DNA of 63,632 nt, counting the filler, from Sluysia triapertura (lineage: Eukaryota): assembly GCA_046118255.1 (NCBI GenBank). It is 5 parts of 5 records of this genome, joined end to end, with 100 filler letters (N's around TTAATTAATTAA, not from the genome) between each part and the next. Parts side by side here need not be neighbours in the genome. Positions count along the whole stretch, not along the records: positions 1 to 11,048 come from JBJNIA010189596.1; positions 11,149 to 22,589 come from JBJNIA010184712.1; 3 more parts are not named here. One strand, written 5' to 3'. The notes below the pieces were generated by a model. That model had not been told where the DNA came from, ran no database searches, and saw nothing but the letters and a program-made list of their open reading frames with translations. Within the stretch, counting starts at the first letter, position 1; each line of letters begins with the position of its first letter. The position numbers and the translations under genes were made by a program. Of this stretch, positions 1 through 11,543 are shown piece by piece.

Positions 1-231
1 TTAAATTTAACTGCGTATACATTATTTACATTTGATTTAACTATGTATAACTATGTAATTTGATAATTTGACTTTGACTACGTACGTAACTTTACAGTAT
101 TAAAAATAATGATCACTTTTTAAATTGTGATGATTGTTATTATTGATAGGCCATTCATTCAATGATGACATCAGTTGTTGTATTCTGTGCTTATGATTTG
201 TTAAATGAGAAATCGAAGAGAAGTTATCCGT

Positions 232-333
232 GAATTCACTTGTATTGTGTACATACCGGCAGTTACTGCCATACTTTATACATTTTCCATCTTGAGTCAA
301 TGCATGTAGACACAAACTGGACTTGATGTATCC
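232..333 (-). pseudogene. Isolated CCCH zinc-finger coding fragment
   Basis: Translates as YIKSSLCLHALTQDGKCIKYGSNCRYVHNTSEF (C-x9-C-x6-C-x3-H with a YK-like lead-in), typical of TTP/ZFP36-type fingers. No gene structure could be traced. Confidence 0.4.
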
Positions 334-799
334 CGTACAAGTCTGATCGGATTAATTGCGTTATAGTAGTATCAAATTGAACGTTATTCTCTTTTATAGA
401 CCATTCTTGCATTCTTTCTGGTCCTCCTAATAATTTTATAGATTCCAATCGATACATTTGCAATCGATTATGTTGAATTCGCTTTTTGATTTCGCACATT
501 ATGAAATTTACTTGTAAAAATTTCAAAGTCGCTTTTGTGTAAGTTTTATCAAATAAATAACACAATAAATAATTCATTATTACTGAACTTAAGTCGTTCG
601 TGAATACTTTGCAATTTGTTTTCATTATAAACACTTAATCTTAGTAAAGTAGCATTTTGAGCATCATATTTTTGAAAGTTTTCATAAAACTCACGAGATC
701 GTTTTTCTTATTTTTAAATTTATTTTCAAATAACACAATATAAACACATAAATTTACTTCAAACTTTAGGTTAAATATATATAACATGCATGTCCATCT

Positions 800-1190
800 T
801 TAATAACTTTACTTACTTCTGCCAAAATATGTTCACTACTAATATTTTTAGAACATCGGCATTTTGTTTGACATCAGATGAAATTTCTTCAACATGTAAA
901 TCGGATTGTTCCAAAGTTGTTTCAAAATATCTACAATACGTTAAATACTTAAATAATCTTCTTGGATTCGATTAACAATGTTTCCAACAAAGTGAATAAT
1001 ATTATTTTCTAAATCTTTAGTACCACCAAATTGGTCATACATAAAATCATCTTCATCTAAAACTAAAGAGTTAATCGTTAAATCACATCTTTCGACATCT
1101 ATTTTCCTATTTTTTGTAACTTGAACTTGTGCTCTGTGGCCATCAAATTAGCATCAAATCGTAGAGTAGTTATTTCAACATTTCCTTTGA
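800..1190 (-). pseudogene. TRNT1: CCA tRNA nucleotidyltransferase pseudogene (frameshifts and stops)
   Basis: Across frameshifts it reads EITTLRFD / DGHRAQVQVTKNRKIDVERCDLTINSLVLDEDDFMYDQFGGTKDLEK* / IHFVGNIVNRIQEDYLSI* / NISSEHILAEV. These match the class II CCA enzyme motifs EITTLR, RRDLTINS, FVG..RIQEDYLR and ISGERI. ORF 263-634 may be the decayed C-terminus. Confidence 0.85.
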
Positions 1191-1452
1191 TATTAATTCC
1201 AACATTTATTGATTCTGTGAGAGCTTCTAATCTAACTTCGATATCTTCATTATTATTAATTGCCATTTGACGATCTAGATTTAATCCGGGGAATATTTTA
1301 GTATTTTTATGAAACATCGCAAATGATTATTAATACTGCTTAAGTGATTACTAAGTTTTATTAAGTTTTATTATTTTGAAAAGCCAAAATTGACAATTAG
1401 GTATCTGTTTTACAAATAATGATAAACTACTAGATATTTTGATGATGAATTT

Positions 1453-1555
1453 TCATTGGCTGTTCAATCAGAGTGATAAAAATAATGAACAGAGGTACTC
1501 TGGTTGGACATCCAATAATAGCACTAATTATTTTTTCACATTGACAGGCCAATGA
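1453..1555. repeat. Imperfect inverted repeat (old MITE-like element or paired CCAAT boxes)
   Basis: TCATTGGCTGTTCAAT...GTGATAAAAATAAT pairs with ATTATTTTTTCACATTGACAGGCCAATGA. Confidence 0.4.
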
Positions 1556-2230
1556 TGACATCACTTTACATGGAAACCAACAGTGTCACCATTGATAATG
1601 GTAATTACTGGTTAATAAAATTAATGAGTTAATAAAATGGTCACCAAAAATAAAATAATAATAATAATAATAATGTCATTATTGTTATTATTGAAAATTT
1701 AATTCACATAAACCCTTTGAAAATTTACACAAACTTTCTTATATTTCTTTTATATTTCTAAACATATTTAAAATCTTAATAGCTTTAAGTATAATTATTT
1801 TTCTGTGATGTTAAGGATTGATTGTTAAAGAATTATAAATTTGGGATGTTTGAATTGATTTGAAGGTGTCTATTCGTTAATTTAGGATGCGTATGTGATT
1901 GAAATGTTATGGAATTAAGAATATAATGTTTTGGATGAATTTTTAAATGTAAATTGATAGTTTTGAATAAAGTAAAGTTTGGATGTTATAAGATTGTGAT
2001 TTGAAAATGTATTGAATAGAGAGTGGTTTAGTGATGTGAAGAAGGTAAATTATAGCTTAGGTTTTGGCACATTCTAAAAAGGTAATTTTTCGATATTGAA
2101 AAATATGATTTGGTTATGTTGTTAATGAGTTTTTAAAATGTACATTGTAGATTTAGAAAGTGGATGTGGTTTTGTTGTATTCAAAATAAAAATTTTTAAA
2201 TAAAATTTGTTAAAAGTCATATGTTGGCCA

Positions 2231-2527
2231 CCACAACAACAATGACCTATTCATGCTTCAACTTTATTTAAATATGAAACTGATTCAGATAGTAAAACGA
2301 CAACGATTAATTTCTGCGATTCAGCTGGTCAAGAACTTTTTCAAAGTATGCATACCTCGTGTTATCATCATGTACATACATCGTATTATTCTCAAACATA
2401 TACGTGTTCTTTGGCGTTTCATCGTATGCGAAAAATTTCTTACAAAATTCCGGATAATCGGTACAACGAATTGAGACAACATCGTTCAGATATACCTTGT
2501 ATTCGTATAGTTAATAAAGTCGACGTG
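2231..2527 (+). pseudogene. RABL2: Rab-like 2 GTPase pseudogene fragment
   Basis: PQQQ*PIHASTLFKYETDSDSKTTTINFCDSAGQELFQSMHTSCYHHVHTSYYSQTYTC...YNELRQHRSDIPCIRIVNKVD matches RABL2 (PQQLSTYALTLYK...DFWDTAGQERFQSMHASYY...ELREFRPEIPCIVVANKID). It has an in-frame TGA, a local duplication and no visible P-loop. Confidence 0.85.
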
Positions 2528-4461
2528 TATAAGTAAGTTTACTCTTCTAAATAATCTTGTTTCTGAATATGTTTTACCTTACCACAAACAAAACTGCTCT
2601 AACCTAATTCTGTTCAAAATAAAAATTCATGAATATTATTCGAAAATTGTTATCTCGATGTTAATAAATTATCAAATTTATGAAGATGTTAACTTCAAGC
2701 ACATCATATATAAAATCCAGCAGTGATAATGAATAACAGTGTCTTAATCAAGATACTAATAAAATCTTTCTAATTGAATTTATCTTTAATTATGTTTTTA
2801 AAAGACTTCGTTTTAGTTTGAAGAAAACTTATGCCTGAAAAAATTTATCTGCGCAATACATACGATTACCAAAGAATACGATTAAAGATAATGAAGCCAA
2901 ACGAGTTAACCTACTATGAAATATATTACGGTTAATTTAATACTATCAATTCAAGTATGCAGAAATGTTTGGCACAATGTCTATCCCAAGTAGACAAATT
3001 CGGGACGTGTATCAAGTTTCGTGCATCTTGCCACTATTGTCATAATGTTTTGGAGATGAGCTACGATAGTGTAAGGAACGCTTGAATGGTCTGCTTACGT
3101 CTTTACAAAACAACAGGATCAATCGTAACCTACAAATCAGCAAAATTAAAACTCAAAATAGCGTATATTACAGGTATGTTAATGAACCAGGATTTAAAGT
3201 AATTTTAAATCTTTATGATAAACTGACATTTGAATTTTGTTCTTTTTATTTAAGGAGGCCGAAATTGACAAGAATCATAGTATACCTAAGATGTTATGAC
3301 GCATTCAATATGATAAGCAAATTAACAATTTTTAACCATTTCTTAAATTGTATAATTAGACCATTTAATAATAAATATATGTGTTGTTATTCTGTAAACT
3401 ATTAGTAAAACAAAATAAATTAGAATTTTTAAAATTAAGTTCAATTACATCAATAAATATCTCAAAGAAATTTCATAACTTAATTTATCTTAATTTTAAC
3501 AACAAACCATGTAAAATAAAATCAAAGGTACTATTTCACCTAAATATTATACAAAATATTCATTAATAATAATAAATTTATTCATTAAAGAATAATAAAT
3601 TTATCTTTAAGTTAATAAATTACGTTATTAATACAATAACAACATACTAATGATATTAAATTTTAATTTAATGATATTGAGTAAATAAGGGAATTGTTTA
3701 CTCTTATCTTTAGATAATTAAAAAGATAATACAATTGGAGACAGTCAGAAATTGTTGTCGAAATTCAATCAATAAAATTGGTCGGATTATCACCGACTAA
3801 AAAGAATAAACATTTTCAGTTTCCGTCTTGTCCAATTTCCTATTTTCAATTTCCTAAATGAGGGTAAAACTACTATATAAGTAGTCATATTTTTGCAGAA
3901 AATTAGAAACAAAATAACAAGAGAAAATCAATAAAGAAACCGAAAACTTTTCAGCTTTAGAGACACTGCTTCAATTCATTTGTGTATAACGGTGAAATTC
4001 AAGTTTATTCTTTATCAATCAAGTAAAATAAATATTTAAGGGGTTATAAAGAAAGGAGTAGTAATCTGTTTTTATTCATTATATTTTAGTTAAAACATGT
4101 GTCACCTCTGGTAGTAATTTGTTAATATTTGTATAATTTTAAAACTGATATTAAAATTATATATTGAAGGCATTTTGTTAAAAAAAATTTATTAGTTTTA
4201 TTTATATAGTAGAAGTCTATTATTATAAGAGTTTTCATTGTATAATTGTGATATTTTAAAGAAAATATAGAGATTCCGAATGTGCTTTAATTAGATAAAA
4301 GTATCAAAGACAAAACAATTCTATCATATCTTTTACTAGGTGTACAGAACTTTCGCTTGAAATTAGTATTTCGTGAACATTAGTATTAAATATGGCAACA
4401 TTGTAGTTATAAATTATTATATACTTAATGAATGAAAATGATAAAATATTTGATGTATGTG

Positions 4462-4565
4462 TACAATATTGTAAGAAAAGTGTGAGTTAGAATAAATTAA
4501 AATTAAAATTAACGTGAGTTCACCAACGTACTGGACTTACCAGCGAGGACCAGCCGTTGGATTTT
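4462..4565 (+). repeat. Dispersed repeat, copy 1 (copy 2 inverted at about 57305-57400)
   Basis: Core GTGAGTTCACCAACGTACTGGACTTACC...CCGTTGGATTTT and flanking GTAAGAAAAG are shared with the reverse complement of 57305-57400. Confidence 0.75.
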
Positions 4566-5874
4566 AATGTAAGAAAAGATGCTTGACTTTAGACTATAGA
4601 GATTTTTACCTAACACCTTAATTCTGGAGGTAAATGTTTTAGAAATTTAATTATATATTGGAAATTTAATTATATGTCGAACTCAATAAATTTAAATGAT
4701 AATGGTGCGTGGATTCCGTTGTCAAGTTCATCAACCATCCGGCAGCGTATACGATAAGAGGGATTGCAATTTCCAGTTCTCCGCAACCAAACCATCAAAT
4801 TACTTCAAAAACACTTCCAGAGCTCGAACATTAATTTATTAATTGAATTTCTAAGTTTGTTTCATATAGATTGAAAACTCAACTTGAGTTAAAATATTTA
4901 CGTAAAATTCCTAATTTTCGGTTGTTCATTAAGATCAATCATAAAATCATTTTAAAATCTAAAATCATCTTTTACTTGGCCCTTAAGGTCAATTACAAAA
5001 ATACTTATCAATAAGTAGAGTCTTCGGACTAGACCTTTATTATAAATCATTTATTATTTAAAAAATTTAATTATTGGTGTTTTGTATCTTTATAAATTAA
5101 CAATTACCTTATTTTGATTCGTTGCATTTAATAAATTTGTAATATAATAAAATTTGGATATTTTTGAGTTTTAATTTATTATTATTTTAACGTTTGGATT
5201 GTGACATAAGTCAATTTTACTTTTTTATATTGTAGAAAGTTTAAAATAAGATAAATTTTTGTTAGTGTAAACTCTGTAACTTAATAAATAATTGAAGTTT
5301 TATAAAAATAAAAAAGTAATACGTTTTTATACGAATGTTGTCAATCTTGTTCTTACATTAACCGAAATATTATATATTCCAGCTTTGGTCGTGATTATTT
5401 TTAAGCTATTTAGTATCAGTTGACATAAACGACGATTTTGTCTACTATTGTTTAAGTTAAGACAAAGAGTATTTTTTTAACGACTAATTTTAATAATTGT
5501 TTTCACGTAATTTTACAGGCACGCCATTAGTAAGTCGTATACTGTAAACGGACTCGAAATAATAATTTATTTTGCTGCGAGTTAAGTGTTCTTTTATTAA
5601 GAAAACATCCAGCATTTTTATTCACGACAATTTCAGAATGACATCCGATTGTATATTAGTTTACTGCTAATTAGCTAATCGTATCATTGTTCAAACTATT
5701 TAGCTAATCATTATTATATTCTACACGAATAGGTTTATTTTAATTTGAAAAAGGCCAAAAGTGAAATTATAATTCTACGTTAAAAATTAATTTCTTAGGT
5801 AGTAAAGGAGAAAAACATAATCTAAATAAACGATACGAAAAATATTATTCGGAGTGGAGTGATTCATCAATTTT

Positions 5875-5995
5875 ATGCCACTTAGTTATTATCGAAAGAT
5901 GATAAATAAATTCAAAGATGCATGCCTCTATTCAGCGTTAAAAACCGCTATTTACGGGACCCATTCTCTAGGTGATCCAGATTTTCAGATGAACG
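5875..5995 (+). pseudogene. Possible gamma-glutamyltranspeptidase fragment
   Basis: LYSALKTAIYGTHSLGDPDF resembles the GGT large-subunit motif EA(F/L)K.A...R..LGDP.F. Only this one motif was seen. Confidence 0.3.
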
Positions 5996-6084
5996 ATTCA
6001 GTTGAGCATCTATTCAATTTTTGCAGTTCTCATTGTAGCGATTTTAAAAGTAAAAACTCTCATTTTGTGTCGAATATGTAAATA

Positions 6085-6272
6085 CAGTGAACGCTCTATA
6101 TAATCAACTTAATTTTTGAATATAGATTGTTGACTTAGGTTTATACTTTTAGGAAAAAACTCATGACAATGTCTAATAAATTTAAAAATAGTAGAATAAT
6201 TGTTGTTATAATTCACTATTTAATGATTATAAAAATTGGTTCACAGGAGTTGCTTATATAGAGCGTTCACTG
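6085..6272. mobile_element. pogo/Tc1-mariner MITE (188 bp)
   Basis: TIRs CAGTGAACGCTCTATATAATCAACT / AGTTGCTTATATAGAGCGTTCACTG (1 mismatch), flanked by TA on both sides. Confidence 0.9.
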
Positions 6273-8075
6273 TAGTATATTTTGTAAGTATTTTATTATC
6301 AAGATGAATAATCAATCTTTGGACTGCACTGTTACTGGAGAAAAATTGATGTGAGATAATGAATGAAACGTTACCATTTGACATCCAATGTCAGCAATTA
6401 CAACGCGAACATCAGAAAATGTTAAAATTTGGCAACGTTGATAAGTAAAAAGTGTAATTTTGCTTTATTCCAATATAAGTTATTTTCAGTTTGGGACAGA
6501 ATTTAATTGGGAAAATCCCAAATGTAGTCTAGATATTGCTTCATCAGATTAACATTTAGTTCAATGCAACACTTCGTAGAGGACATAATTTGATACAAAG
6601 ATGGCGTATGCCAAAAATTTCGGCCACATATCGAGTGTTACAATTGATTATTTAATTGACTAAATATAATTGGAATTTATAAATGCATATTTTTATATTT
6701 TTAAAACTTTATATTTTAAATCATTTTTCCTAAAGACTTATTTTTCAAGTTAATATTTTATTAATTCAATGACTGAGTGGAAACTAATAATTCTTAATAT
6801 GAAAAATGTAACTTTTAGAAATCTTTATTAAATTTCTATTAAAAAAACGTTTAATCAAAGATGTTCGGACAGAATTTAATATAAATTTAATATTCTTTTT
6901 ACAGTTGCAAATATTTTCTTATGCTTGTATATTTATAATGACCATATAAATTAAAACAATTTTTGCTTAACTATCATAATTGTAAAAAAGGAAATAAAAT
7001 ATTAAAATAAANNNNNNNNNNNNNNNNNNNNNNNNNNNNNNNNNNNNNNNNNNNNNNNNNNNNNNNNNNNNNNNNNNNNNNNNNNNNNNNNNNNNNNNNN
7101 NNNNNNNNNNNNNNNNNNNNNNNNNNNNNNNNNNNNNNNNATTTAAAAATGAAATTGCATAGTTAATAAGTAAATGTAATATAATTTGTTATTAATCCAT
7201 GTATTGAAAATTATGATTTTGATAAAGATATTTCACCAGTCTTTCATATAGATTTATTATTTTTTACAGCATCAAATTTAAGATTACATAGTTTATTTGA
7301 AAATATGAACGAAGAAAATAAATTTCATTTATGATTGTCAGAACTTTTAGTGATAATTTTTGTTTTATTACACAAATGATGTATTATGTGTAATGTATTA
7401 ATATCCAAGATTAAGTAAACAATAAAGTTTAAATGAAGTAATTAAATATTTTTAATATAAAAACCATTATATTTATTATACATTTTCAATGACCCACAAG
7501 TTCTAATTAAATGTAAAGTAAAAACACGACAATTAGTAATAGTTCTGATTTGTAATCACAAAATAAATACCGTAAAACCATTTCAGTAAATAAAACAATT
7601 CTAAATTTTTATTAGATTTTACATGTTTTCTAGTTGTATCATATGTTAATCTATTAAACCACATATTTAAATATTAAGATGTTTTTTGTGACTAGTAGAA
7701 AACATTTCCTATCAGTGCAATTTTTTATTTTAACTTCACGGCTTTCTCGTGTTTACGCTTCAAGAAATAATTTCAGTAAAATGTGTTAATTATTTATCGA
7801 ATATGAATTTTATAATTAGCTAAGATTAAATGCACATTTTTATAAGTGTCATGAGTCTAATTTTCAGAAACATCAATTTAATCAAGTATTATTAGTAAAG
7901 TGATTAATATTGCTTGAAGAATTAAATTTTGAAAAAGTTTTTGGCTTATTTGTAGCTTCATATTTATTTGTTATTATAGTAGTTATTATTTGTTATTATC
8001 CTATAATTAATAGGTTAGGTCCTTATTATTTTACTATTATGATTATGATTATGATTATTAAATATTTTAATTTAG

Positions 8076-9194
8076 TAAAATCTGCTGTAATAGCATCTAC
8101 GTCCTTATCTCCAAGTAATACTTCAACTCCTGTTGTATCTCAAATTTCCAAGTCGTCTCAAATACTTGAATCGTCCAAATTTTCCACACCAAATCCAACA
8201 ATCGTTGAAAATACTCAAATAGGCTTTAATCATAATCATGTCTCACATTCTCTTCATTTTACTCAAGCTCATTTTCATCAGCGACTTAATAACTTCCATG
8301 TGCAACCTATTACACAATCAGCTATACCAACTGCTAATATTATTAATAATGTACAATATTTTCCTATTGATGCTACTGCTAATACAAATCAAAACAGTTC
8401 AAATATAAATACTAATACTACTACCACTACTTCCACTACTAATATTAATATTAATAATAATAGCAATAATACCAATAATCAAATTAGTAGTGATTTAAAG
8501 AAAATTTTGGATGGTATTTTAACATCACATACAAATTTATCGAAACACCAATTACAATTTCTGAAACAGTATAATTTCAAAATTAGTAACTCTGGTTTTG
8601 AAGTTGTTACTAAATGTAATCAGCCTGTTAGTTTTTATATCGCTTTTATTTTTAATATTTGAATTTAGAAAATGATAATTTATTATGTTAAGTTTTCGCA
8701 AAATTTAATGTCAAAAAATGATTTCAATTTCAAGCAAGCAGTTATGTTAAATTTTATAAATTTTTAGCAAAGTACTCAAAAAGTATGAATATTTGTAAAA
8801 CAAAAAAATATATTTGTAATTTGTTTTTTGAATAAATGTGTTTTCGATCACCTTTTTCCTAAAAAATCATACATCAATACATCTAATCTTACAGCGGTTC
8901 CAGAATTTTTTTACTTAAGCAATGTCAAAGTGTTGATTTCATTTAATGAAATTTGTTTTTAGAGTTAGGAACATTGCTTACTTTATTTCGACAATTAAAT
9001 CCCTACTTTTTATTTTAAAAACAGTGTAATTATTATTATTACTTTATTATTATTATTATACAAATACAAACTTAATTTAATTTTCAGGCTATTAAGGCGA
9101 CTGAAGAATTCACTTCTACTGAAGTTATAATGGAATACAATGGAAGTGTAATGTTGTTTGATGAAATAGCTAATGAATATGATTATCGTAAAGA
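8076..9194 (+). CDS. SET-domain protein, KMT2E(MLL5)/SETD5-like; partial (exons 8076-8626 and 9088-9194)
   Basis: An S/T/N-rich exon ending CCT|gttagt joins in phase 0 to tttcag|AIKATEEFTSTEVIMEYNGSVMLFDEIANEYDYRK|gtgagt. This resembles the SET-N motif (A..D....IIEY.G..ML). Other exons were not found and gaps lie on both sides. Confidence 0.6.
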
Positions 9195-11092
9195 GTGAGT
9201 TTAAATTATAATTTATACTAGTTGTTATTTAACTTATAATGTACAGCTGATCTATTTAGAGAGATTATTTTCTTAAAATCATTAGTGACTGCGTGGTTAT
9301 ATTCAAATTCTTAGTTTTTCAACTTGATATGTAAAACGGATATGAAAATAGTATAAATTTTATGGTTTATAATTTATAATTGATCTTTGGAAAACTTAGT
9401 TTAATTCTGAGTGTTTTCTTATGTAAATTTATGTATGTACTGACGTATTTTATATAGACTTAGGTTGATTATCAACAATTCAATTTTTCAATGTAAACTT
9501 CATAAAATGGCTCAAATTTTTAATTCTATATATCCTCACTTCGTCGACAATAGTCTAATTCCTTCAGTAATGTAGACTTATTAATAGTAGTGTAAATTAT
9601 TTTAATAGTTGTCTTATGTAAACAACCTCTTATCTTTTCGCTTTATAAATAATCCTTATGTTCTAGTTTTATGTGAAGGCGTAAGTTCGGATACACGTTC
9701 TGATGACAGGGAATGGAAACGCAGGTGAAACTTTTAATCAATGAAAGTAAAAAAGAAATACTCAAGTTCAAATAACTATTATCATTAACTATGATGATTT
9801 CTCACTTCAACTTAAATTTTATTTTACGAACGTTATCTTTTAATTGTAATTTTGATTATTTTTCCTTCGGGGCTCTACACGCACTCAATACTAATTCAAT
9901 AAGAATGAGAATAAAACTCAGTAATATTTATTTAAAATAACAATAATTTTATTAAATAATTATGTGCAAAATAATTAACCACAACGATTCCAGATTAGTT
10001 AATTTATCAGTAAATATATATTCATAAAAGAAAAATTAAATATATGATTTTTTTCAAATTTATATAAGTAAATATTATAAAATTAAATTGCATTATTCAG
10101 GCAAGAAAAAATATTTAGTAAAATTTACCTTTGAAATCTAGAAGTGTTTGTTCTTCAATTCTCTAGTTTTTTAGATTCTTCGAGATATTATCCAATTGTT
10201 GAAATTAATTTCGGAATTAGAATCTCCTTTAAAAAATTTCTCCTTTTTGTATTTACTCCTTTTGTTGTGTGTTTATGATTTTTTAAACAGTATATTACTG
10301 TTTCTTTTTATTTTATAGAATTTAATTTAGTCTCAATAACAGTAATAAGAATAATAATTATATATACCAAGTTCACTAAAATAATTGTGATAGTAGGTAA
10401 TGATATTAATAGTAATAATACTTTTCACACGATGATAAAACTGATAATAATTACACTAGTAATAAGTAGTACTATTTTCGGATAATAAAACTAATAAGCA
10501 ATAATTTTTCATAAATAATAGGTAATAATACTAAATTTTTTTGTAACTAATAATAAAGTAGTAATATTTTCGGATAATAAAACTAATAGTAAGTGTTCGG
10601 TTTTTCTACTGCCTGAACAATTATAAAAAATTTTATGTTTATACTTTGGGTTCGCCTACGTCAATCGATTTACCTAAAATGGACGAGTGCGTAGGATTTT
10701 AAAGCTTTGTCACGTGAAAAATACTAATGCAAAGATACTACGACTTTTATAATATTTGATTTGATCTTACGTGTAAATCTTTAACTTATGAAGAATCTTT
10801 TTATATCACTCTACTTAAAATTCTTTTTATATATTAACGTTTCTCCTTTAATTTAAATTCTACCCTTTTAATTGATCGATCTCAAAAAACGCTTTTAATA
10901 ATAATAAGCAATCAACTAATTCTAAATCAAAATTCTTTAAATATTGTTTTCTTATTTAATGTTTCTCCTTCAATTTAAATTCTTAAATCAAAAAATTCTT
11001 GAAATCCTTTCTTCTTCTTATCTTTTGAAAAAACAACTTTATTAAGAANNNNNNNNNNNNNNNNNNNNNNNNNNNNNNNNNNNNNNNNNNNN

Positions 11093-11104
11093 TTAATTAA
11101 TTAA
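11093..11104. other. Assembly linker TTAATTAATTAA inside an N-gap (also at 22634-22645, 35117-35128, 51313-51324)
   Basis: The same six-frame-stop 12-mer sits within N-runs four times; the first is 44N+12+44N = 100 bp. Confidence 0.95.
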
Positions 11105-11148
11105 NNNNNNNNNNNNNNNNNNNNNNNNNNNNNNNNNNNNNNNNNNNN

Positions 11149-11216
<68 letters not shown>
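11149..11216. repeat. (AAT/ATT)n microsatellite; others at about 23551-23602, 27479-27537, 32417-32477, 47559-47607, 53383-53432, 54924-54987, 55253-55306, 55496-55565
   Basis: Directly visible trinucleotide runs. Confidence 0.95.
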
Positions 11217-11217
<1 letters not shown>

Positions 11218-11364
11218 ATATAATTAAAATAAAAATGTCACAATTACAAAGATATACAAAACTAATTCTGCATTTATTGATAACTAATAATAGTTTAATA
11301 TATTCATTTGTGACTTAAATATTCCTTAATTTTATGCAATTTTAATCTTTTATGCTATCTAAAC

Positions 11365-11402
11365 AAATAAAATTTCGAGTTACTTTGGTAACACCTTGTA
11401 TA
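11365..11402. mobile_element. Possible solo Tc1/mariner terminus
   Basis: Reverse complement TA-CAAGGTGTTACCAAAGTAACTCG resembles TA-CAGGGTG-type TIR starts. No partner end was seen. Confidence 0.3.
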
Positions 11403-11482
11403 AGGCTTGTACTTTTGAGTTTGATAGCCTTAATTTATGTGATCCACTTATAAAACGAAAATTTTATTAAAAAAACACTAAC

Positions 11483-11543
11483 AACTGTTGCAGATCGACT
11501 TATTCCTTTTTGGCAATGAACTAAGCAAGTACCGTTATTTGGA
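11483..11543 (-). CDS. SSH: SSH exon 10, catalytic loop
   Basis: tttcag|T PNNGTCLVHCQKGISRSATV|gttagt, containing the HCx5R motif. Confidence 0.9.

Noticed and set aside
9650-9728. Next SET exon (NPYVLVLCEG…)
   Set aside because: No AG acceptor in the right place and no DA..GN.ARF motif.
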